NCBI GenBank assembly: GCA_964607175.1
Contig: CAZSIM010000009.1
Location: 31,985 to 95,984 of the forward strand
Direction: 5' to 3'
Length of the DNA: 64,000 bases
Source: an uncultured Fimbriimonadaceae bacterium
GTDB taxonomy: Bacteria > Armatimonadota > Fimbriimonadia > Fimbriimonadales > Fimbriimonadaceae
The notes under the pieces are model-generated. The model saw nothing but the letters and a program-made list of their open reading frames with translations. It made no database searches and was not told the DNA's origin. The translations under genes were made by a program, and so were the position numbers. Below, in pieces: positions 57,862 through 64,000 of the stretch. Each line of letters opens with the position of its first letter. Position 1 is the first letter of the stretch.

Positions 57862-58512
57862 CTAAAACTGAGGCTGAGACACGCCAATCGTGTGTTTCTT
57901 AATCTTGTTAACTACTCTTTTAAACAGCTGATATTCCTTTCTTTTTACAAGCCAAATTCTGTGATCAGAATTAATCCTCTCAATCACTGATGGGTCATCT
58001 GAAACGACGCCTAAGCCATTCGAATGAGTGAAAGTCGTTTTGGGTTCTTTAATCTCACTAAAGAACTTATAAACTCCATAAGGCTCTCTATCAACCACTG
58101 TATCGTGGAGAAGAATCACACCCCCTTTTCTCACAAATGGCCGCCAAGTTTCGTAATCTTCTTTGACATCTTCATATCGATGACGTCCATCAATATGAAG
58201 AATATCTATCGGCTTATCCCACGTCTTTGCCACATCGCTGAAATAGCCCTTAATCAAAGAAAGGTTCGTAATTCCCAGGTCATTCTGCCTCTTCACAACC
58301 TCACCGTAGGTGTCTCGCAGCCCCGCTTCTGGGTCGCCTTCAAACGAATCAATCCCGTAGACCATTTCTGCCCCAGCGAGCGCAAAAGTGAAGCTGGAAA
58401 AGCCAAAATCAACTCCAAGATCCACGACTGTCGTAGGCCGCATATCTTTAACCAGCCAAGTCGCGAACCCTTCGTGGCCTCTCCAGGCAGTCACTATCAA
58501 ATCTTCTGGCAT
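57862..58512 (-). CDS. class I SAM-dependent methyltransferase (Methyltransf_24-like)
   Basis: Contains VVDLGVDFGFSSFTFALAG and ILHIDGRHRYEDVKEDYETW...GGVILLHD. The gene is visibly A+T-richer than its neighbours. Confidence 0.65.
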   Translation of the reverse strand: MPEDLIVTAWRGHEGFATWLVKDMRPTTVVDLGVDFGFSSFTFALAGAEMVYGIDSFEGDPEAGLRDTYGEVVKRQNDLGITNLSLIKGYFSDVAKTWDKPIDILHIDGRHRYEDVKEDYETWRPFVRKGGVILLHDTVVDREPYGVYKFFSEIKEPKTTFTHSNGLGVVSDDPSVIERINSDHRIWLVKRKEYQLFKRVVNKIKKHTIGVSQPQF

Positions 58513-58599
58513 GGCAGGCCATCAGTTTAGCAGATTGCCTCCAAACAGAAGCTTGGAGGCAGCGTAAAAGCCGGTTGACTGCACACCCCTGCAGGTCTC

Positions 58600-60486
58600 T
58601 TAATCGACAAGAATCAGCTTAGGAGTCTCGTTTAGATCAACCACAAGTGTTTTTGAAGAGATGGCCTTCTGCCCTTCCCTGCCCATAGACATAGATTCAA
58701 GAGACACAACCTTGGCTTTTGTCCCAGCAATCGGCAGCTTGACACCCTTGACAGTCATATCTGTGCTAGTGGCACACCAGGCGGCGTATGCCTTGCGGCC
58801 TCTGCTGTCTGTAAACTCATAAAGCCGTAGATTCTTATCAGGCAACGCCACCTTCTTAGAAAATCGATAGCCTTTTAGGGTTTTCTTTAGCATCGCCTGC
58901 GAATGCCATGATGGCTTTGGATTCCACTGCCCTTTTTCAGTGACTAATCCACAAGTTTCAAAGACTCCTGTCCCTTTTGAGTTGACATCACGGAGCATAA
59001 ACATCGTGGCTCTATCAAAACGAGCAGCGGCGATAGCCATGTGTGCTCTTATCAGCCAAGCACTTTGGACATCTTCAGCCGTCATGCTTCCTACCGCGGG
59101 GGCATGAAGCGGTGATGCTGGATTAGTATCCCAGCCAAACTCGGTCAGCCAAAGCTCTGTATTTGGCAGAACCTTGTCTCTCCACTTGGTAAAAACCATC
59201 AGCCTTTCTTCAAGCTTGTCCTCTTCAGGACTCACTCCCTTGCCGCCAGTTTGAAACGCCTGTCCATTGCTGGTGCTGCAGTAATGATGCAGGTTGATGA
59301 CATCTGCAGGAAAACTGCCGCCACGTTTGTACTGTGACCAGTAATGAATCGCTTCAAGATAATCTAGAGACAAGCCAGCCAAGCCGCCTAAAACCAGCTT
59401 CATAGATGGGTCAGCAGCCTTGACACCAACGCCTGGCCCCATCGTTCCCTTGTGTCCATCGTAATCGGCGCTGGACATTGCCGCAAGATCAAAAGGATTG
59501 AACCTCCCTTCTCTTCCTTCCCAGTCCTTGTCGGGCTCGTTCCAATTTTCAAGATAAGAAATCAAACCAAGCCCCGTCCGCCGCGGCTGATCGGGGGCCA
59601 ATTTCAGCATGGCATCGGGTGCTTTCCTGCTTCCATACCTTGCTGCGTATTGGTATAGATGCTGAGCATGCACCTTGTAGGCTGCTGGGTCTTCTGTGTT
59701 CACATTCGGCAGCAGCGGCTTATGTTCTTTGCTCTTTGTCGCAAACAGAGGCGTGGGAGACTGCCAGACAACTGGCGCAATCAGGAGTCCAGCCTCTTTC
59801 AGCTTCTTGTAATAGTCATCAAAAAACCAGCTTTTGCCGCCTGCCGCCCCGCTGGGCTGAAACCTCACTTTTCCATCAGGTGCTTCCACATCCCAGCCCC
59901 AAGGGTGATACTCTCGGATCATTCCAGATGGACCGGAGATTTTATCTATCGGGTCATCGATAAAAGCATTAACCCCGACCAGTTCATCCATTGTCGACAG
60001 TTTTCTCAATGGCTTTCCTTCAGACTTTTCTGCCTCTAGGGGTCCGGATCGTTTACCGTAAACAAAAATTTCTGGAATGCTGGCTGGCTTTGCAAGAGTA
60101 AGCCTCAACCACCGCGTGGACTTGTTCAGTTTAAGAGCATTCCAAGCTTTGTATCCCGCCGACTTAAACTTAACGGGTGACCACTCAAAGGGCCTGCCTG
60201 TTGAAACAGTCAAATCTGCTTCACCTGATTCGTTGTACAGCCGCAGTTCATCTACCTGGCATAGCCCTTTTAAGTCTATGACAAGGTGAAGCGGGTAACG
60301 CCAGTCGGTCCAGCCTGCAAAAAACGGCTTTGAAGGCGGCGCCTCAACCGTAGAAGCCTGTTCGTCAACAAGGCTTTTGGCATTGCCAAAAGCTGATTCG
60401 TTAATCAGCATATCTGGCTTTAATACAATCTGCTGAGGATCTTGTCCTGCATTGAAAAGCAGCATTAAAAGAATTGCTGTGCTCAT
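58600..60486 (-). CDS. secreted glycoside hydrolase-like protein: N-terminal F5/8-type-C (discoidin/CBM32-like) module plus clan GH-A barrel
   Basis: Signal peptide. WRYPLHLVIDLKGLCQVDELRLYN is discoidin-like. ENWNEPD (acid/base) and ELWLTEFGWD (nucleophile) are spaced as in GH-A enzymes. Confidence 0.6.
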   Translation of the reverse strand: MSTAILLMLLFNAGQDPQQIVLKPDMLINESAFGNAKSLVDEQASTVEAPPSKPFFAGWTDWRYPLHLVIDLKGLCQVDELRLYNESGEADLTVSTGRPFEWSPVKFKSAGYKAWNALKLNKSTRWLRLTLAKPASIPEIFVYGKRSGPLEAEKSEGKPLRKLSTMDELVGVNAFIDDPIDKISGPSGMIREYHPWGWDVEAPDGKVRFQPSGAAGGKSWFFDDYYKKLKEAGLLIAPVVWQSPTPLFATKSKEHKPLLPNVNTEDPAAYKVHAQHLYQYAARYGSRKAPDAMLKLAPDQPRRTGLGLISYLENWNEPDKDWEGREGRFNPFDLAAMSSADYDGHKGTMGPGVGVKAADPSMKLVLGGLAGLSLDYLEAIHYWSQYKRGGSFPADVINLHHYCSTSNGQAFQTGGKGVSPEEDKLEERLMVFTKWRDKVLPNTELWLTEFGWDTNPASPLHAPAVGSMTAEDVQSAWLIRAHMAIAAARFDRATMFMLRDVNSKGTGVFETCGLVTEKGQWNPKPSWHSQAMLKKTLKGYRFSKKVALPDKNLRLYEFTDSRGRKAYAAWCATSTDMTVKGVKLPIAGTKAKVVSLESMSMGREGQKAISSKTLVVDLNETPKLILVD

Positions 60487-60515
60487 TTTTCACTTTTCCG
60501 CATCTCACGGAATCT

Positions 60516-60558
60516 GCAGTCCGGCAGCCCTGCGCAAAAGGCAGGGCTGCCGGACTGC
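60516..60558 (-). terminator. very stable hairpin between the mini-lipoprotein and the hydrolase gene (terminator/attenuator candidate)
   Basis: Perfect 18-bp GC-rich stem gcagtccggcagccctgc / gcagggctgccggactgc with loop gcaaaag. No U-tract follows on the minus strand. Confidence 0.45.
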
Positions 60559-60570
60559 CAGCGTCAAAAG

Positions 60571-60801
60571 CTAGACGCCTGGCACGGGCGGCTTTTGACC
60601 GCTGGGGTTCGTAGCGCCGCTTGGTTCACCTATAAAGGCTGGCCCTTTAGGCTTCATCGCATCTGGCGGAATCTCTTTGTCGGCCTGCACCTTGCCATTC
60701 TTAAAAAGTTCTTCTTCATCTTTCGTCACGGCAGCATCACCACTCATGCATCCAGTCAGGACAATGATTCCTGCCAGGCAGATCAACGGTAGGCGTTCCA
60801 T
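60571..60801 (-). CDS. small lipoprotein (76 aa)
   Basis: Reads MERLPLICLAGIIVLTGC and has a Pro/Gly-rich tail. It overlaps the 3' end of the pseudopilin gene by 19 nt. Confidence 0.5.
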   Translation of the reverse strand: MERLPLICLAGIIVLTGCMSGDAAVTKDEEELFKNGKVQADKEIPPDAMKPKGPAFIGEPSGATNPSGQKPPVPGV

Positions 60802-61613
60802 AGATTTCTCGCAGGCTGGTTGACAGGGTCCGGGTTGGTGCTTGCAGGGTTGAGGACTTTGGCATGACCATCGGTAAAGGAAAAGATTCCCTTGTTTTGA
60901 TAGGGTGCAGCAATGGCACCGAATCTATTGTCCTTGTTCACCTCATAGGGTGTGCCAGTTGCATAAGCAGGAGCAAGGTATGGGCTGCCGTTCCTTGTGC
61001 CATTGGGCAGAAGTCCGGCACCGGAGTAATCCCACCAGTTCTGGCCAGACATCATATCGCCCTGCAGAAAACAGTTGTTGCCATCATGTCTTGTTGCGAG
61101 CAGAATGGTTTCTGAAGGCTGAGTGACTGCCCCGCTGTTGGTTATGCCTCTTGCCATCCAGCCACCAACCTGACCAATCTCCTGATGCAGGCCCATCACT
61201 CCGTATAGGCTCCATCCTGAACCTAAGTCATCAAGGTAGCCGTTTGAGGCAAAGCTGATAGAAACAGTCGCGTAAAACTGATACCAATCAGCCCAGGTTC
61301 GCTTGGCCATAGGGTCGCTGGAATCACGGAGAATCTGAAGGTTCTTCATGTAGGGCTGAGTGTCAACTGCCCATCCTCCATGATCTCGATAGATTCCCTG
61401 AGAACCCGATCCCATGGGATAGACATCGTCTGAGTCAGAGAGATACATAAGGACTCCCAAACTAGACTGCTTAAGGTTGGAGAGACTGGCGGTCTTTTTG
61501 GCGGCAGCTTTTGCCTGAGCAAACACAGGGAAAAGAATCGCTGCCAGAATCGCAATGATCGCGATGACTACCAGAAGTTCGATGAGAGTAAAGGCTTTGC
61601 GTGAGATTTTCAT
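60783..61613 (-). CDS. prepilin-type N-terminal cleavage/methylation domain protein, DUF1559 / H-X9-DG family pseudopilin
   Basis: Has the class-III signal RKAFTLIELLVVIAIIAILAAILFPVFAQAK, then LSNLKQ...MY..D.D. It ends with a C-terminal FTDGH block. Confidence 0.85.
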   Translation of the reverse strand: MKISRKAFTLIELLVVIAIIAILAAILFPVFAQAKAAAKKTASLSNLKQSSLGVLMYLSDSDDVYPMGSGSQGIYRDHGGWAVDTQPYMKNLQILRDSSDPMAKRTWADWYQFYATVSISFASNGYLDDLGSGWSLYGVMGLHQEIGQVGGWMARGITNSGAVTQPSETILLATRHDGNNCFLQGDMMSGQNWWDYSGAGLLPNGTRNGSPYLAPAYATGTPYEVNKDNRFGAIAAPYQNKGIFSFTDGHAKVLNPASTNPDPVNQPARNLWNAYR

Positions 61614-61655
61614 GGGCTTCGTCTTTGAAGTGCATTTGAGTAAACGGCCAGGCTT

Positions 61656-62687
61656 TCAGACATGACCTAGGGCGTAGGGCGCGGCTGTGGAAGCTCTAAC
61701 GACAAGTGCTGGGGTGGGGAGATGCGAGCCAAACTCTATTGACTCGCCTCTCATTTGGCGTACAAGAAGGTCAGCGGCCATTCGGCCGACTTCATCAAAT
61801 GGCTGATGAAGAGTGGTTAATCCTGGATTTAGCACTGAGGCAAAAGGACGGTCATCAACTCCGATGACTGAAAGCTCGTGGGGAATCTTTATGCCGTGCT
61901 GCTCAGCACATTGATAAACCCCAAGAGCAATCTCGTCATTGCCGGCAAAAATAGCTTCGGGCCTGTTCGGCAGGGCCAAGATTCGCTCTGCAGCAGCGAA
62001 ACCTGCCTCAACCGAATAGGCAGACTCAATCAAATAGCCATTAGGAACCGTGATTCCCTCTTCAAACATCACACGTTCGTAAACAGATTTCCTCACCTGT
62101 GCGCTTAAAAGGCTCATCTGACCCGTTATGTGGGCAATCTTTGTATGCCCTAAATCAAGCAGATGACGCATCACCTGGCCAGCACCGTGAACATCATCAA
62201 TATCCACAGCCACCAAAGGCTGCAGTTCCTGCGGCCATGAGATGACCACCATGGGGATATCCAGCTGCGCCAATGAAGGCACCATGTCACTATCTGTTCT
62301 GGGAGCGACAACAATCAATCCGTCGGCCCTGCCATCACGAAATCTGGCCAGCGACTGCGATGCTCCACACCAAGGCCGAGTCAAGTGAATGACATCAAGA
62401 TCCTGTTCAACGGCTTTCTCTAGCACTGCCTGAAGAATCGCCGCTGAGTAAGCGTTGATGACAATCTCAACCGAATCGACAACTCCAAAAAGAATGCCGA
62501 TTGTGTTGGATTTTTGCCGCGCCAAGCCTCGGGCAGCTGCATTAGGGTGATAACCCAACCGAGAAACAACCTCAAGGATCCTCCTCTTGGTTTCGGCCCT
62601 TACCGGCTTTGGTCCATTGTTCAAGACGTTGGACACAGTCGAAAGCGAAAAACCGCTCTCCTTCGCCACGTCATAAATAGTTGCCAT
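61656..62687 (-). CDS. LacI-family transcriptional regulator
   Basis: Starts MATIYDVAKESGFSLSTVSNVLNNGP (HTH) and continues with a periplasmic-binding-protein-like sugar-binding core. I chose the ATG at 62687, with GGAG 9 nt upstream. The ORF-track start is 62780. Confidence 0.9.
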   Translation of the reverse strand: MATIYDVAKESGFSLSTVSNVLNNGPKPVRAETKRRILEVVSRLGYHPNAAARGLARQKSNTIGILFGVVDSVEIVINAYSAAILQAVLEKAVEQDLDVIHLTRPWCGASQSLARFRDGRADGLIVVAPRTDSDMVPSLAQLDIPMVVISWPQELQPLVAVDIDDVHGAGQVMRHLLDLGHTKIAHITGQMSLLSAQVRKSVYERVMFEEGITVPNGYLIESAYSVEAGFAAAERILALPNRPEAIFAGNDEIALGVYQCAEQHGIKIPHELSVIGVDDRPFASVLNPGLTTLHQPFDEVGRMAADLLVRQMRGESIEFGSHLPTPALVVRASTAAPYALGHV

Positions 62688-62704
62688 CTTTGGCTGCTCC
62701 AACA

Positions 62705-62724
62705 AAATCGAAGCGCTTCGATTT
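62705..62724. promoter_or_regulatory. operator O1: perfect 20-bp palindrome in the lacI-family gene leader
   Basis: aaatcgaagc|gcttcgattt, 18 nt upstream of the regulator ATG. Confidence 0.6.
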
Positions 62725-62729
62725 CTTTT

Positions 62730-62758
62730 AGTATAAGTCAAAACCCTTCGATTTGCAA
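62730..62758 (-). promoter_or_regulatory. sigma-70-like promoter candidate for the LacI-pseudopilin transcription unit
   Basis: The minus strand reads TTGCAA, then a 17-nt spacer, then TATACT. Confidence 0.45.
62735..62754. promoter_or_regulatory. operator O2: imperfect copy of O1
   Basis: aagtcaaaac|ccttcgattt. The left half matches O1 at 7/10 positions and the right half at 9/10. Its centre is exactly 30 bp from the O1 centre, and it lies in the promoter spacer. Confidence 0.45.
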
Positions 62759-62794
62759 GAGAAACATTTAAAAATGTCAAGATTGTATTGACAG

Positions 62795-62831
62795 AAAAGC
62801 CCCCGGACCCTATATTGAGTCCGAGGGCTTT
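62795..62831 (-). terminator. rho-independent terminator downstream of proS
   Basis: The minus strand reads aaagccctcggac...gtccgggggctttt followed by ctgt. The stem has one mismatch and a U-run. Confidence 0.65.
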
Positions 62832-62859
62832 GATCTGAACCCTTATAGCAGGAACAGCT

Positions 62860-64000
62860 TTAGTAGGCCTTAGCGAAAACGACCCTTCTCTGTGATGGCC
62901 TGCCTGTCATCACGCAGACTCCCGGCTGATCATCCCCTTCACCCAAAGGCTCCAAAGGAATGCAGCGGATTGTGGCCTTTGTGGCTTCGTTGATGGCATC
63001 CTCTGTTTCTGTCGTGCCATCCCAATGAGCAAGGATAAACCCTCCTCCGCCATCGCCTTCGAAAGCAGCCATAAACTCTTCCCAGGTGTCCACCCTCTTT
63101 GTGTTGGCATCACGAAACTCGGCTGCACGAGCAAAAAGCGTCTGGCCGTACTCATCCAGCCTTTCACCAATCACACTCGAGACATCATCCAGGTTCAGAG
63201 TGACCTTGTCACCCCCAAGCCGCGAAGCCATGACGCAGGTTCCTGCCTCCATATCTCTGGGACCAAACTCAATGCGAAGACAGGCTCCCTTCAGCTCCCA
63301 GTCGTTAAACTTGAAGCCGGGCGACAGTTTTTCTCTCTTATCAACCTTGACTCTAATCGGCTCATCCTGCCACCGCGTTCTGCGAATCGACTTTGCCAGG
63401 TCCTCGGCAGCGGCAATCACTCTTTCAATATCAGCAGGCTTGCCAATCGGAACGATGACCACCTGAACCGGAGCCAATCGGGGAGGAGCCACCAGCCCCT
63501 TGTCATCACTGTGAACCATGATAAGGGTGCCTACCAGACGGGTCGAAACCCCCCAGCTGGTCGCCCAAACATGCTCCAGCTTGCCTTCCTTGTTCTGAAA
63601 CTGAACATCGAAAGCCTTGGCAAAGTTCTGTCCTAGGTGGTGGCTGGTTCCTGCCTGAATCGCCTTGAGGTCCTGCGTCAACGCCTCGATGCAGTAAGTG
63701 TGGTCAGCTCCGGCAAACTTTTCTCCTTCACTTTTCAATCCAGTCAGGACAGGAACACACATCCACTCCTCAGCAAATCTCTTGTAGATTTCCAAGATGG
63801 TGACTGCCTCTTCCTCAGCTTCCTCGCTGGTGGCATGAGCTGTGTGGCCCTCCTGCCATAGAAACTCAGCAGTCCTCAAAAAGAGCCTTGTCCTCATTTC
63901 CCAACGCATGACATTGGCCCATTGGTTGACCAACAGAGGCAGATCACGATGAGATTGAATCCACTTCTTGTAAGAGTTCCAAATAATTGTTTCGCTTGTC
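62860..64000 (-). CDS. proS: proline--tRNA ligase, archaeal/eukaryotic-like type (partial; N-terminus beyond window end)
   Basis: Contains [31 protein letters not shown] (class II motif region). An anticodon-binding domain and a C-terminal zinc-less domain ending ...VVFAKAY follow, with the terminal Tyr typical of this ProRS type. The reading frame stays open to position 64000. Confidence 0.9.
   Translation of the reverse strand, partial: TSETIIWNSYKKWIQSHRDLPLLVNQWANVMRWEMRTRLFLRTAEFLWQEGHTAHATSEEAEEEAVTILEIYKRFAEEWMCVPVLTGLKSEGEKFAGADHTYCIEALTQDLKAIQAGTSHHLGQNFAKAFDVQFQNKEGKLEHVWATSWGVSTRLVGTLIMVHSDDKGLVAPPRLAPVQVVIVPIGKPADIERVIAAAEDLAKSIRRTRWQDEPIRVKVDKREKLSPGFKFNDWELKGACLRIEFGPRDMEAGTCVMASRLGGDKVTLNLDDVSSVIGERLDEYGQTLFARAAEFRDANTKRVDTWEEFMAAFEGDGGGGFILAHWDGTTETEDAINEATKATIRCIPLEPLGEGDDQPGVCVMTGRPSQRRVVFAKAY

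Noticed and set aside
1-64000. Search for mobile elements, CRISPR arrays, and toxin-antitoxin or known defence genes.
   Set aside because: I recognised no transposase, integrase or recombinase motifs. There are no arrays of evenly spaced direct repeats and no small adjacent gene pairs with TA-like features. The absence is judged by eye only.

Overview
This is a gene-dense 64-kb chromosomal window with about 60 CDS and almost no non-coding DNA longer than 350 bp. I found no rRNA, tRNA, CRISPR array, transposase, integrase or phage gene. Most of it is core housekeeping. That includes citrate synthase (partial), rho, hpt-queD, the conserved rpsB-tsf-pyrH-frr-uppS block, pckA, acs, ftsK, purE, galK, a thiolase and glgA. 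It also includes a GT39-apt-(OB-like)-miaA-hfq-dapF string, ubiX, metF, nadK, purL and an archaeal-type proS (partial). A DUF1559-type pseudopilin and a PSCyt1 cytochrome-c module suggest a PVC- or Armatimonadota-like lineage, but that is inference only. I see no recognisable defence or mobile system. The accessory-looking content is as follows. (1) A LacI-regulated locus containing a pseudopilin, a mini-lipoprotein, a discoidin/GH-A hydrolase and a methyltransferase. Its promoter carries paired palindromic operators, and a palindrome with the same core sits in front of a second secreted glycosidase 17 kb away. (2) A CUT1-type sugar ABC system whose solute-binding protein is fused in one 822-aa ORF to its MalF-like permease. 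(3) A translationally coupled string of TPR protein, NadK, a solitary OppF-like ATPase, Wzm, Wzt and a lipid kinase. (4) Tandem membrane-anchored paralogs resembling a zinc-metallopeptidase family but with a broken HExxH motif. (5) A NodB-type deacetylase interrupted by an in-frame TAA. (6) An orphan FliL homolog, a standalone PSCyt1 mini-cytochrome and an exported zinc-less MsrB. All functional calls rest on motif recognition by eye. No database search was run.
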